A stretch of 63,566 nt of DNA, filler included, from Octopus bimaculoides (GCF_001194135.2; 4 parts of 4 records of this genome joined end to end with filler, not necessarily neighbours in it), one strand, 5' to 3'; numbered from the whole stretch's first letter, positions 1-14,571 are shown. The notes: generated by a model not told the origin, from the sequence alone. Translations and numbers: made by a program.

Positions 1-47
<47 letters not shown>

Positions 48-820
48 TAGATAGATATACTTACACACACACACATATATATATGGGGTGCCATTTGTGA
101 CTATGTGTGTGTACATGCATACATACATATATATACGTATATCTGCATATATTTATATGCACACATGTGTATGATGCATGTGTAGTGATATACACATGCT
201 TTCATGTAACTACATATATGCTCTAAAACAAACTCAATTGACTTACTTTGAACAGTTCGAACAGTCAAACATCTCCATTGTCCTTTTGACCTTTTATGTT
301 TGTCTACATTTAAAACGTACTTATAATCAATAAAATAAATGTATCTTTCGTTGTGTTCAGTGATGGGTATCCTACGCGCTGATCAACACAAGTATAGACT
401 CTATACATTAAAGTACATGCAGCTGGGTATTCTACAGTTTACAAGCATCCATGACGGGATGGAAAATATACGTTTACGCAGTTGTGTTTTGAATGTAATG
501 AAGGGTATCATATTTCTGGATATGTGAATGGTAGATAATCTCAATTATCCGGTCGTACATAATTGTCAACTCTTAAATTCCATTTAAGTGATTGGATTGA
601 CAACGGATTAATGTAGGAGACAAATATCTAAGTTGACAGACTGTGGGACTGTAACTTATACATCATTTTTGCAGAGCGCAATTACAGCTATATGTAAATC
701 AAGCGTATGAATGCATGAATACATACAGACGTATTCGCCTACTTGTATTTACACAGATGTGAGATCATGCAAAAGATGTTCACGTACATACATACGTTTA
801 TGAAGAGATAAGTAGTCATA

Positions 821-2045
821 CAGGGGCTGGACAAAATAATGGAAACGCCTTAAAATTTCGAGCAAATTTATTTGAATATGGGGTAGGACACACTTTGGCA
901 GTCACTACAACTTGAATTCTACGAGGTATGGACTCGTACAAAGTTGGAATTGTTTCCAAAGTAATTTTTGTCCGTTTTTCAGCTGAAACAGTCTCCAGTT
1001 CTTGTAGTGATGATGGTGGAGCATGTCGACTCCTTACTCGTTTTCTAAAATGCACCTTACATGTTCAATACTATTGAGATCTGCGGATTGTTGTGGCCAG
1101 ATAAGATGTTCAACTTCACCAGACTGTTTCTCGTGCCATTCAGTAACAACTTTAGCTGTCTGAATTGGTGCATTATCATCATAAAAAATTGTGTTTCCCT
1201 CCGAAAACAGTTCCAACCTATGGATGAATTTGATCAGATAAAATGCTTAAATAATCTTGACTATTAATTGTGCCATGAAGGGAAACCATTGGGCCCCCTG
1301 CATAATCACAGATCCTCTTCTATGTTTAGTAGTTGGAAGAAGGCAGTCTGGGTCAAATGCTTCATTTGGCTGTCTCCACACGTATATTCGGCTGGGGGTC
1401 GGAAATAAGGTAAAGGATGACTCGTTCGAGAAAATAACATTCTTCAACTGCTGTAGGGACCAATTCTGTAGGTTTTTACTCCATTCCAAACGCTTTGCAA
1501 TGTTTGTTTTTGAAAGTAGTGGTTTTCTGATTGCAGCCCTCCCGTGAAATCCGGCTTTGTGCAGCTCTCGGCGATCAGTTTTTGTGGAAACTGGGTTCTC
1601 GAGATGAACATTATACTCTGAAGTGATTTTAGGAACTATATTTTTGTTATCTTTTCTAACAATTTGCGTAAGAGTCCCACGGTCCCTGTCTGAAAGTTTT
1701 GTTTTTCTTCTGGAGTTTTCTTTCGACGAGGAGGTTTATCCGTCTTTCGCAAAGGCTGTCATTACTTTCCAGAAAGTACTTCTTGATACACCTAACATTT
1801 CGGATGTTTTCGTTACGCTAGCGCCAGCCATACGATATTCCGATAGATCTGTCATCTTAATGAATTTTAATTACCTTTTTCTGGTGTTATCTTAAAAGAA
1901 ACAGCAATTTTAGCAAAACATATTAAGCAACACTAATAATAAATAAAATAAAAAAATAAATAGACAAACGTTTGACGGTTTTATAGATATTTCAAAATTA
2001 TGATGCTCTGATACTGGGTGTTTCCATTATTTTGTCCAACCTCTG
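821..2045 (-). mobile_element. Full-length non-functional Tc1-family DNA transposon
   Basis: 26-bp TIRs CAGGGGCTGGACAAAATAATGGAAAC (821-846) and its reverse complement (2020-2045, 2 mismatches), flanked by TA at 819-820 and 2046-2047; transposase fragments inside. Confidence 0.93.
860..1855 (-). pseudogene. Frameshifted Tc1 (DD34E-type) transposase
   Basis: Minus-strand fragments MTDLSEYRMAGASVTK, RAAIRKPLLSK, VIFSNESSF (FSDES), DDNAPIQ (QDNAPxH), WPQQSADLNSIEHV (WPxxSPDLNPIE), LYESIPRRIQVV, spread over several frames with stops. Confidence 0.9.
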
Positions 2046-3964
2046 TATGATTAGATATATGGTTTCTTCCCTTAGTTTCCTCTCTCACTGTATTACTATC
2101 TCCTCTCACTTTCTTTCTCTTTCTATATACAGCTATATACACGTACATACAAACATGTGTATATATCTTCATCGACATCTCTACATGTGTACATATACGT
2201 GTGCACATTGGCATGTATTGAAATATATGTACATACATATACATTTATGTATATACATACATAGTAGTAAACCCGAACACACGCTGGCAAAAACACACAC
2301 ACACAAACACACACACATGCACACACACTTGAAAAGAAAAATTGATGAATGGATGCTAGGCAGGCTTGCATCCAATGCACTTGCTATGCATTATGGTATT
2401 CCATTCGTCGATCAGTTAATGTTAATCATGAAGCAATTAATTACATGCTCCTTGATACTCATTAATCTCGCGACACATGAGAAGGTAACATGATAAATTA
2501 AAATAGCTAAATAAACATGTCACTATACATGATATCGTTAGCGAATCAGTCAATCCATTAACCCTTTCAAACTAATTCAGTGTCATAGATTACTTACATA
2601 AACGCATGTCAAAACCTTACTTGTAGGTAAATAGTCGAAGAAATCGATCCCAATACTTTCTTCTTATCGACACTGTGAAGATGAAAGTCAGTGCCATTAG
2701 AGTCAAGAAATCATTGTATAAACTTACGTGTCAAATGATCACATTTGTATCCGATGTTCTATAGAGTTTGCCAGCGAAGTAATTTACGAATCAAAATTGC
2801 TTTTATAGTATTTGCTAAACTGCATGCTCAATGTTGCTATCAATTATGAGTTGTTAGTAACCTATGAACTAAATACAGCTTTAACTGACAAATAATGGAC
2901 TAGGAATAATTATTTGCTATTATTTGCTATTAATCACTTGATGAAGGATCTAATTCTTCTCTGTTGCCTTCTTTTTCGTCTTTTACTGTCCATTTATCCC
3001 TAACAATGCTTTTATCTACTTGCTTCTGGACACCATATTTACCCTGTACATCTTACCACATCTTTTCATCCTTATCACAACTATTTTCATCTTTATTTAT
3101 TTTTCATATCCTTCCTATATAAACAAAAGAGATCACCATTGGTGTAGGTATGAACAAGTACCATTCTGATGTTCAAACCGCAAATATTACGTAAGTTTTA
3201 TATAGAAATTTGCATGAGCTGGAGTTGAAATCAAACTTGGTAAATAAACAAGTGTAATTGCTCATTAAAGATATGTTAAATGCTTTTTTTATTGTCTTAT
3301 TTTGATTATGTGCGTATATGTCTGTATATATATATATATATATTTGTTAAGGGCATTACTATACATAAATGCCTCATGCTATGAGGGACTCTTAAAATCA
3401 AAAGTACCATAATAAACACATTGTACCGAACGCGAGGGAATGCAGCTCTCGAAGCGAGCCTTTTGAAACCAAATTCAGCTGCATATGATTTTATAATTAG
3501 TGCACAAAATGCACTTTTTTAATCGTCAGTCCAAGCATAGTCAAGGCATATAAAAATAAACAAAAAAACAACATACCAGACGAACACCAACATAGTACAT
3601 ATAATTGTTCACACTTATATATCTATGTAAGAGGCGAACTTTTCAAATTGCATCTCGGTACACGTGTTTATTCAAAATGAAATTCAGCACTTAATATATA
3701 ACGGTTCAATTTCAANNNNNNNNNNNNNNNNNNNNNNNNNNNNNNNNNNNNNNNNNNNNNNNNNNNNNNNNNNNNNNNNNNNNNNNNNNNNNNNNNNNNN
3801 NNNNNNNNNNNNNNNATATATAGATGTATGAGAACCCTTCATAGAAAAGATACGTTGGAACCCTCGTCGTTCTATCTGAAAACTGGCTGTTAGCAAAAGT
3901 AAGCCGAACGTCTATGTATCGAATGCTTAAAGAAGATCTCAGGACCGATCATAACAAGATCACG

Positions 3965-4690
3965 TACTCTTGCATTTGTAGACCTTGAAAATTCAATATA
4001 ACCGCTTGCGCGGGTCATGCTGAGGAGGGATTTGTTGGAATCTACGATTAATAGGCAAATTCTGGTTGCCTCAGAGTCTCAAAGGTCTTGATGTCTTTGT
4101 TCGAGATAATGAGAAAATATTGAAACCTTTCAACGTGGTTATAAGACTTCATCAGTTGGGGGGAGTTGTTACCACACCCACCGCCTTTTTACAATCTGGG
4201 TTGATATTCACAGCCTTTGTGTAAATGGTATTACACTGAGGCAAGTCGAGGCAAGTCGAGGCAAGTCGAGGCACACTGCGGCAAGTCGAGGCAAGTCAAG
4301 GCAAGTCGAGGCACACGGTGACATACTGGCCAATGATGGAAGGCAGGTTGCTAAATTAGATGCTATAATTGCAGATGCTGGAACAGTAATGAGTTAGATA
4401 TAGCTTTCATTCTACAGAAGAGGAGAAATTGATAAAGTCTTCAATTCGGTCATGAACTTTCAGGAGTGAACCGAAAGCGTACATTCGCGAATACAAGGGA
4501 AATGGGGTTCCTACGAAAAGTCTCTGTAGTAACGTTTCTGGACTGGGGACGTAGCTTGGAGATGTAGGAGGGGCTCCTATTCGAGCAGATACTTCAGCGA
4601 ACTGATAAATTGCATCTCCAGTAACGTAGACAAGTAATTAAAATGATACATGAAAGACGGATTGTGAAGCCAATTGCCTGGGCACCTCAG
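3965..4690 (+). mobile_element. Degenerate RTE-clade LINE reverse transcriptase/C-terminal remnant
   Basis: Manual translation gives LAFVDLENS (cf. AFxDLEKAFD), FNVVIRLHQ (cf. VGxHQG), EMGFLRKVSVVTFLD (cf. EMRxLRxIxGVTxxD) and VIKMIHERRIVK; many stops. Confidence 0.6.
4233..4316 (+). repeat. Minisatellite of 10-bp GAGGCAAGTC units in ~40-bp higher-order units
   Basis: ACACTGAG(GCAAGTCGAG)3GC repeated twice, plus a partial third ACAC. Confidence 0.9.
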
Positions 4691-5330
4691 ACTAGATCAT
4701 GAATTGGTTAGTCTTTGGACATCTAGTAACGGTTGTTCCTGATAGAACCTTATTAGATAATATATATATATATACACCCACACATATGTACATATATGTA
4801 TTATGTAAGTATATATATATATTCATGTGTGTGCATGTCTGTCTGTATGAGTGTGTGTGTGTGTGTATGTGTGTGTGTGTGTGTGTGGGTGTGTGTGTAT
4901 GTGTGTTTGTGTGTGTGTGTGCGCGTATAAATTCAAGTAGGTCAATATAGAATTCTGTAAGTGTTTTGAAAATTGGAAATACAGAACTGAATTAAGTGGC
5001 TCTGTGAATCAATTATCGATTATTTATAATTAATCTCGTTATATCCAAATCAATTTATGTGGAATGCAATTGTGTGAAAGTAGGGAACATGGATTACGAG
5101 ATAAAAATTAATCACTTCACATGTACTATGTAAACTTAATATAAATAATTATTTATTCTGATACGTAGTTAAGTTGTAAAAAAATTACGTGATAACATTA
5201 ATTATCAAAAGTGTAAGAGTTACCCCCACGCGTAGAGAGCGTATGAGTGATAGGGGAGGGAAAGAGAGAAAGAGAGGTAGAGAGAGGAAGAGAAAGAGAG
5301 AGAGAGATAGATAGAGAGAGAGAGAGAAAC

Positions 5331-5385
<55 letters not shown>

Positions 5386-5463
5386 GGGAAGAAAAAGAAT
5401 CCATGCAGTGATATATCTAATAGTAGCAGGAAATAATTATTTTGCATACAAGCTTTAGAATAC

Positions 5464-5579
5464 CTGAATTTTTTGAGTGCTTCAGACTCTATTATAATAA
5501 AATCGTTATTGATTTGTTCACATCTTGTGCTAATTAAGTTAATCCATGTGTCTGTTTGGACGGTACATGCTTCTAAGTT
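5464..5579 (-). CDS. Candidate internal exon, product unknown (NLEACTVQTDTWINLISTRCEQINNDFIIIESEALKKF)
   Basis: ttgcag acceptor, CAG|gtattc donor, 116 nt, only one of three frames open; no homology recognised. Confidence 0.25.
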
Positions 5580-5864
5580 CTGCAACCGTATGTTGATGAA
5601 AGACAAACACTTACATGGTGAGACGCAGGGTCGACACAGAACAACTTAAATGAAATGATGATTCTTACAACCAGTTATAGGAAAAACGTATTTAGAGTAA
5701 CTTTAACTGCATAAAGATACAGCACATATTATTGTGGTATTGAAACATATAGCATTGTTTCAGCTTTGGCTGCGGGAGAGTAAGATGTTCCATTGTAATA
5801 TCTTTCTATGTGTAAAGTCCAAATATATGTTGCTTTGGGCAAGTAACGTCTTTCATAGTATGAT

Positions 5865-6022
5865 TAGACCGACAGCGGTACTCCACTGGTATTTATCTTA
5901 CCGACCCCGAACGGATGAATAGCAAAGTAAACCACGAAGGATTTTGACCTGAAAACGCATAGACAGACGAAATGCCGCTAAGCATTTTGCCAAGCGTGAT
6001 AATGATTCAACCTGTTCGCCGC
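5865..6022 (-). mobile_element. tRNA-derived SINE, family B (GGCGGCGAGCTGGCAGAATCG head; octopus OR-like)
   Basis: Reverse complement matches the head and GTCGACTTTGCCTTTCATCC-type body seen at 24188 and 15336. Confidence 0.7.
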
Positions 6023-6536
6023 GTTATAAGTTACCAAAATATGGCAAAACTTTAACTCGACGCAATAACAGTAGAGTAATGAAATAAATTTGATTAATTA
6101 CGTATTTGTAGACATCATATCTTACTTTATGATTATATCAGACATTTTGATGATTAATTGATGACACTTTCATTGGACTGTTGGGTTAAAGATTTCAGTA
6201 TTTACCTTATATTTATTTACAGATCCCTTTAATTTTTGGTTACAAACTTCCAGATCATTAGACGCATTTTATTAGACAGAGTACATAAATTCTCGTATCA
6301 TTTAGAACTATATAACTATCAAACAAATATTAAAAGCAATGGGGTGTGATAGAAACGGCAGCTCAAAACTTCGGCATACCAGTAACATACTGCAACGAGA
6401 CCAATTCACTATATCACACATACTTAAATAGCTACAATGTCAGAGTTTAGTATGTGTATTCTCAATAATATCGACATACTTACAGAGAAAGAGAGAAGAG
6501 ATAATTACTCACATTCAATATATATATATGTGTGTG

Positions 6537-6567
<31 letters not shown>

Positions 6568-6673
6568 ATGTGTCTGTGCGTTTGAGTGATGTGTGTAATG
6601 TGAGAGTATATCTATATGCATATATATACAAATATATATACATATGTATGCATATATATATGTATATATATAT

Positions 6674-6753
<80 letters not shown>

Positions 6754-7433
6754 TGCACACACGCAAATTTTACGTGGATAACAAATGCCTCTATTAGCTC
6801 TTAAAAATCAGTTTACTCGCCATTATATTTTTCGCAGCTGGTTTTCGATTATATCTTAATGCATTCATAATTTGATGTTTAAATTTCTCTCACAATGTAA
6901 AATTTTAATTCGTTTCATAGCACGGCTATAACTTTTAAGTAGCGTTAGGAATTATTCTTCTTCTTTCTTTTTCATAAACTGATTGAAATCTACTTTCATA
7001 TTTCCATTGGGGCATATCCGGTGCTCTCTTCAAAGATAAATATCCAAAGTGTGGTTTTAGATACCTATCTATTATTGTACTAATAAATGTAGTACTTTTA
7101 AAATTCCACTCATCTCTATCACAAATTACGTTTGCACATTAAGTAAATAAGAAAATGTTTTAAGTTGATACGGAATAGTTAAACAGAAGAAACTTGGGCA
7201 TTTTACATATGAATCTAGTAAAAGATTCTCCCACTTGGAGGTTTTCGTTACGCTTCTTAAGTGTACATTATTATGACGATGTAACGTTAATGGAATAGGC
7301 TGAAATTATATCGATGTTTTCCAAGAAGGTACTTATATTCATAGATATAAATGCATATTTGGAAGCATATATACTTTTCGTTCGCACAACGATATATATT
7401 TATAGATTTGACTATATATTCAGTACATTTGTG

Positions 7434-8090
<657 letters not shown>

Positions 8091-8406
8091 TGCAAACCTC
8101 TCCTAACCATACGCTTAAAAATGCTGATGTAATGTTTACTTACACAACCATAAGTTATATATTTTAAACCGTTCCCCTTTCTTTGTCACTATCCCCCTCA
8201 TATATATTCGGCATGGAAACCTACTCATGGATCCACGACACCTATCAATGGAAAAATATAAAAAAATACTTAAAACACGCACATAGAAGTGTCTATACAA
8301 ACGCATACCCCAAGTTTAAGTAATAAATATTCAAGTATACAACTAGTTTTTTTCATTTGCGTATGTTATATGAAGGTGTATTGATATTCAATACTGGTGC
8401 ACTTAC

Positions 8407-8450
8407 ACTCAATCTATTCATATTTATATCAACCTGAATCATGCAAATAT
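8407..8450 (-). CDS. Candidate small exon (xICMIQVDINMNRLS)
   Basis: tttatacag acceptor, gtaagt donor, 44 nt, phase 1 to 0, one open frame. Confidence 0.2.
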
Positions 8451-9113
8451 CTGTATAAATTATGCTAATTAATTATATATTTCTCACATATTTAGTAATA
8501 GCATCGGAAATTGTTGATAATATCAACGTAGTATTGGATAGTAACAGCACTTTTTAGACTGACGTGTATTTGCTTGCATATCTACAGGATATTGAACCTG
8601 AAGATATCTCATATATCATCGTTTCAAACTCTTTTCATGCAGGAAACTAATCCATCATATAATGTTGAAGCCATTTGACTTCTCCCTACCTTAACATATC
8701 ACATTTTTAAGAGTATACATGTATAAGTTTATATATATATATATATATATATATNNNNNNNNNNNNNNNNNNNNNNNNNNNNNNNNNNNNNNNNNNNNNN
8801 NNNNNNNNNNNNNNNNNNNNNNNNNNNNNNNNNNNNNNNNNNNNNNNNNNNNNNNNNNNNNNNNNNNNNNNNNNNNNNNNNNNNNNNNNNNNNNNNNNNN
8901 NNNNNNNNNNNNNNNNNNNNNNNNNNNNNNNNNNNNNNNNNNNNNNNNNNNNNNNNNNNNNNNNNNNNNNNNNNNNNNNNNNNNNNNNNNNNNNNNNNNN
9001 NNNNNNNNNNNNNNNNNNNNNNNNNNNNNNNNNNNNNNNNNNNNNNNNNNNNNNNNNNNNNNNNNNNNNNNNNNNNNNNNNNNNNNNNNNNNNNNNNNNN
9101 NNNNNNNNNNNNN

Positions 9114-9174
<61 letters not shown>

Positions 9175-11099
9175 TATATGCATACGTATATTTATATATT
9201 AATATATATATAAACTTACTTGCACATATACCAACAGATACAGCCACATTTATATGTCTGTATGCATACATATACATACACACCATATACTGACACATAC
9301 TCTTACTCCCTCTCTCGTTCACACTCACACACAAATACTTTCTGCTATCTGATATATTATTAGAGTGTACGTAGAACCGCCACTTTGTTGTAATCAACCT
9401 TCTTGCCCTAGCCACAGAAAATGTTTCTTCTATATTTAGTGCTCCATTTGACATTGCATACATGTATATCACGGAGGACTTCGCAAGCGCCGCTATAAGA
9501 ATTGTTCATTTGCTTTGCAATATTTCTCGACTAATACCAATTCGCTGCTTCTTGATCATAAGAACTTGTATTAAGTATGTTTGAGTGAGTTAATATATGA
9601 AATTTATTTTATTGATTGCATTGTTCGAGCAGAGTTGATATACTTCAAGTGCATTGGACTTCTGCATAGTAGTTTGTATTTTAGCAAACACGAAGTATAA
9701 CACGACGCAAGGTAAATAGTCTCGTAGTTGTTTTAGAATGCTTATAATTAAAAAAGTTCCTTTACTCTATAGAATAATATATTTATATAAAGATAAATAG
9801 ACTATAAACGCCCCATATAATCCTCGTTTTAATCACCTCACATATAAGTACACACATTCCAATGACATAGATAACAGAGATAGATCTAAAAGCAACAGCA
9901 AAAATACATATAGATCAATAAACACAGAGAATTCTCACGCTTTATCACTGACACCAAACTCTTATCTACACCTACAAAATTCACATACACAAGCGAACGA
10001 AATCCATGACACAAGTATAACAACGACACACAAACACGTATGTTCTGATTCACAAAAAATTTACGCATACTACGCTGCTATTCTAACACATCATCGTCTA
10101 TGTACATTTAAAAAATACATTACACAGAATGCACCTCAAACTCCAAACGAAACGTAAAGATACACATCAACATTCTCAAATAGCAACCGAACTATGCATC
10201 TATATACATGCACACAATGCAATGCGCTCATAAAACTTATTACAAACACAGATATATCCCCATCATTTATTATCATATAGAAACACAAACGCATCATATC
10301 CGTAAGACACACATGCAAGAAACCTCAAACTACTCATACAAAATCCTGTACACACGTGTTCATTTCGGAAAAAAAAAAAAAAACGGTAAACATCGTGACA
10401 ACGCAACATGAACNNNNNNNNNNNNNNNNNNNNNNNNNNNNNNNNATCATATCCGTAAGACACACATGCAAGAAACCTCAAACTACTCATACAAAATCCT
10501 GTACACACGTGTTCATTTCGGAAAAAAAAAAAAAAACGGTAAACATCGTGACAACGCAACATGAACTTCAGCAGCATAGCAGCCATCTTTCACACGTAAA
10601 ACGAAAGCAAAAGTATACGAATACACACTCATATATTCGTTCACACAAGCGTACACACACAAACCACGAACACCGATACAAAGAAAATACACTGCTCCTC
10701 TGTCACTGTACCATACACATTCGATAGAATATAACCAGCATACAAGCTCTCGCTTTAAATAAAACGCATAAACATTCAAAATTCAAAAGTACTTTCGACA
10801 CACACCTCATACCTGCAAATTCTAGGTCCAACTTGTCGCTCTCGCTCTTCTGCTAGAAACCTTGTTTTTACTAATTCCATTTACCGACGTATCAAATAAG
10901 GCCTAACAGATTTCACACACTTTTCACATTTCTCATAGTCATGATTCCTCTCTCCTTTATTTAATTTTTTATTTTATGATGTAGACATGTGACCGAAAGT
11001 AAAGTATTTCATTTCTCTTAGCAATAAACGGGAATATTAACATTTATCATATTATATCTTAACATTCGTATACATGACCATACACACACACACATACAT

Positions 11100-11250
11100 G
11101 ACTGTGTAGTAAGATGCTTGCTTTTCAGCCACATAGTTCCCAATTCAATCTCATTGCTTGGCACTCTGGACAAGTGCTTTCAACTACAGACTCTAGCCGA
11201 CCAAACACCTGTCAGTGGATTTGTAAGTAGAAACTGAAACAAGGACGTTG
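11100..11250 (+). mobile_element. Old partial SINE, family A (GTGTGGTAAG...GGCACCTTGGGCAAGTGTC; octopus OK-like)
   Basis: Diverged match to family A head and central domain. Confidence 0.65.
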
Positions 11251-12078
11251 TGTATACGTATCTGTATCTCTCTGTCTCCCTCTGTTTCTGTCCGACTATC
11301 TGTCTGTCTGTCTGTCTGTTTCTCTCTCTCTCTCTCTCTCTCTTTCTTTTAGATTGGTACTNNNNNNNNNNNNNNNNNNNNNNNNNNNNNNNNNNNNNNN
11401 NNNNNNNNNNNNNNNNNNNNNNNNNNNNNNNNNNNNNNNNNNNNNNNNNNNNNNNNNNNNNNNNNNNNNNNNNNNNNNNNNNNNNNNNNNNNNNNNNNNN
11501 NNNNNNNNNNNNNNNNNNNNNNNNNNNNNNNNNNNNNNNNNNNNNNNNNNNNNNNNNNNNNNNNNNNNNNNNNNNNNNNNNNNNNNNNNNNNNNNNNNNN
11601 NNNNNNNNNNNNNNNNNNNNNNNNNNNNNNNNNNNNNNNNNNNNNNNNNNNNNNNNNNNNNNNNNNNNNNNNNNNNNNNNNNNNNNNNNNNNNNNNNNNN
11701 NNNNNNNNNNNNNNNNNNNNNNNNNNNNNNNNNNNNNNNNNNNNNNNNNNNNNNNNNNNNNNNNNNNNNNNNNNNNNNNNNNNNNNNNNNNNNNNNNNNN
11801 NNNNNNNNNNNNNNNNNNNNNNNNNNNNNNNNNNNNNNNNNNNNNNNNNNNNNNNNNNNNNNNNNNNNNNNNNNNNNNNNNNNNNNNNNNNNNNNNNNNN
11901 NNNNNNNNNNNNNNNNNNNNNNNNNNNNNNNNNNNNNNNNNNNNNNNNNNNNNNNNNNNNNNNNNNNNNNNNNNNNNNNNNNNNNNNNNNNNNNNNNNNN
12001 NNNNNNNNNNNNNNNNNNNNNNNNNNNNNNNNNNNNNNNNNNNNNNNNNNNNNNNNNNNNNNNNNNNNNNNNNNNNNN

Positions 12079-12110
<32 letters not shown>

Positions 12111-12894
12111 GAGAGAGAGAGAGAGAGAGATATGGGCAGTTTTGTTCAAAAGTAGAACAATGAATGAAAGCCAAAAAGACCTCAGGGAGGAACATGGGAA
12201 ATATCCGTATCGAGAAAGCTTTCCTGATCCAACGACTTAACTCGAAAATCAATACACGCCCTATTCACTGCAACCACGACCAACACCCTCGAAACCCAGA
12301 CAGTGACTACGGTTGTTACCTAGCAACAATTTATCCTCCACCACCGTATCTTCCGCCACCGCTATTGTCTGCCGCGGCGACATATGTTTGTTGCTGACCG
12401 TCATTCTTCAACCACGTTGCCTCGCTATCACGTTCTATCATCACGACACTTACCACTACACGCTTCACCAACTACACCGATGTAGACAACACCAAGTGCG
12501 ACTGTCATTCCCACAACAGCATTTCCACCACTGGTTTCAACCTACAGCCAGACTACGCAGTCTCGATCACCACCGTCCTCAATGTCACCTCTACGGCAAC
12601 AATTCCACGGCGTTTAGTGAGCTGCTGCCACTAGCACAAGCAATAGGCTCTCCAAAATGGCAGAATCTATGTAAATACACATTTCTTTTACGGTATTCTT
12701 CTGAAAATAGGCCGCTGCACCTACAAATAAAGGTCTTTTAAACTTTTTGCATTGTTTGAAGCTGTTTATTTCATTCATTATTTTATTTACACAAACACAC
12801 ACGCGCACACATACACACACACATACACACATATACACACACATGGTATATATACATACATATTCTTTGGTTTTGTTATTTATTTGTCATTTTC

Positions 12895-13030
12895 TTGCGG
12901 CCATGCTGGAGCAGTACCTTGAAGGATTTTAGTTGATTAAATCGACCACGGACTTATTTTTTTTAGCCTAGTACTTATTCTATCAGTCATTTATGCCGAA
13001 CTGCTGATATACATGGATTTAAACACACAC
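12895..13030 (-). mobile_element. SINE family A 3' fragment
   Basis: GCGGCCATGCTGGAGCA...CCTAGTACTTATTCTATC motif shared with 28940 and 37472. Confidence 0.75.
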
Positions 13031-13547
13031 ACATATATACATGCATGTATGGATGCGATATAGTTACATTGAAAGTCATATCAATGAAACGTACGCATGT
13101 AGCTTACTGAAAATTATGTATGTCCATGTACACATGCATGTGTACATACGTCTATATCTCAGTCTATCTACCAACTTATATACAGGGATAGGTAGAACAA
13201 GAAATAGTGAAAATTGGACAGGTACATGCATCTAGACTATATATATATATATATGTATATATATGCACGTGTGCATGCGTGTGTTTTTGTGTGCTTGTGT
13301 GGACATATGAAGCTACATCGGAGAGGATATGACTGAAGCACATGTCATTTCTCAATATGTATACATTAACTTTTATACTTGTCTGGTTTTATGACTCATT
13401 TCATATTTCAAACTAATATTGATTTAATAAGTCAGTCCATTAATTTTGATTTAGCTATTTTCAAAACCACGTCACGTAGAGTGCCGACGATTGACAATAA
13501 TTTCTTGAAAGTGTCATATGCAGTAGTTCAGTTAAGTTCTATTTTAG

Positions 13548-13588
13548 ATTGTTATGAGGAAACTTTTGGGGAAAGAGAGGGGACAATG
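13548..13588 (+). CDS. Candidate exon (IVMRKLLGKERGQ)
   Basis: ttctattttag acceptor, gtgaaa donor; phase-compatible with 13748. Confidence 0.2.
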
Positions 13589-13747
13589 GTGAAATTATGC
13601 TATTTGATTTCATCTATGAATGTTATATAATCTTCTACTTTTCCTGTGGATATGTGGGTTAAGAAAAATTAATAATTGTGGATTTCTAACATAAAATTAT
13701 ATTTTAACACGCAAATGAATGTAAAGCAAAAAGTTTTCAAATTGCAG

Positions 13748-13830
13748 CGTTTTCCACTTTCCATTTCACAACGACGACAGAATCCTTGAAGGATTAACAA
13801 ATCTCAAGAAATTTTGTTCAGTATATATAG
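13748..13830 (+). CDS. Candidate exon (VFHFPFHNDDRILEGLTNLKKFCSVYI)
   Basis: ttgcag acceptor, AG|gtaaat donor, 83 nt, open in the phase that joins both neighbours. Confidence 0.25.
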
Positions 13831-13979
13831 GTAAATGTTGTTTGTATATGACAGATAGGAAGCAATAAATATATATTGGAATCTATTTTTTTATTATGTA
13901 ATGCAGTAGATAATAAATAAAGTATGAAAAATATTCGAATAGATATTTTACTTTATCGTATCTATTGTGTGTGTGTGTG

Positions 13980-14012
<33 letters not shown>

Positions 14013-14102
14013 ACATCTGGTTATTCTAAATCAAAAAGAAATGTACATCCTATTAAGATATCAATGTTTGATAGGAAACAAAGTTACGTAATTTATTCGT
14101 AG

Positions 14103-14293
14103 ACTATCTTTCACCAAGATGTAACCCTCGTTTCAGAACACATGGCGATTCTCGACTGAAGGAACGCTGTGCTTTGCCGAAAGTATTCAGATTTTGTTGT
14201 TTTAAAGTTAGTGCAGTGGTTTTCATGAAAACAATGAAAGGAGAAAAGATGACTAGAATATCTTCAGTTTCGAGAGTGTCCGTAACGAAGTAA
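14103..14293 (+). CDS. Candidate terminal exon (YLSPRCNPRFR...FRFCCFK...SVTK*)
   Basis: ttcgtag acceptor, 63 open codons, phase matches 13830; conflicts with minus-strand candidates. Confidence 0.2.
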
Positions 14294-14484
14294 TCAGAAT
14301 ATAACAAACCGAAGTTCAAATAGTAAATTAAGTGAAATATGAGAATAGGGAGAGATTGAGAATATATTGAAATAGTCAGAAACGAAATGTATGATTAAGT
14401 TCACCCAAACTGAAAGTATAGGGTGCTTTAATATAAACAAACACTGTGATATAAAAATGCATACGTCCATAGTGATTATATTAC

Positions 14485-14571
14485 CTGTTTTCTCCTGCTT
14501 TCACGCAGTCAACAGCATTTCTGACTTTCTGTTCATGACCTCTCAGATACCTATTTAGTCCCGTCGAAAGT
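14485..14571 (-). CDS. Candidate symmetric exon (LSTGLNRYLRGHEQKVRNAVDCVKAGEN)
   Basis: ttttaaactatacag acceptor with CTTAAC branch-like site, CAG|gtaata donor, 87 nt, phase 2-2, single open frame; a 76-nt GT-AG intron lies upstream (14572-14647). Confidence 0.35.

Noticed and set aside
361-535. FECNEGYHISG resembling a Sushi/EGF motif
   Set aside because: The frame has nearby stops and no second cysteine pattern or convincing splice sites.
10293-10566. Exact 121-bp direct repeat flanking a 32-N gap
   Set aside because: Identical even in poly-A length; almost certainly unmerged contig overlap.
9780-10830. Strongly A/C-skewed block
   Set aside because: Most simply decayed (CA)n-derived low-complexity sequence; no structure found.
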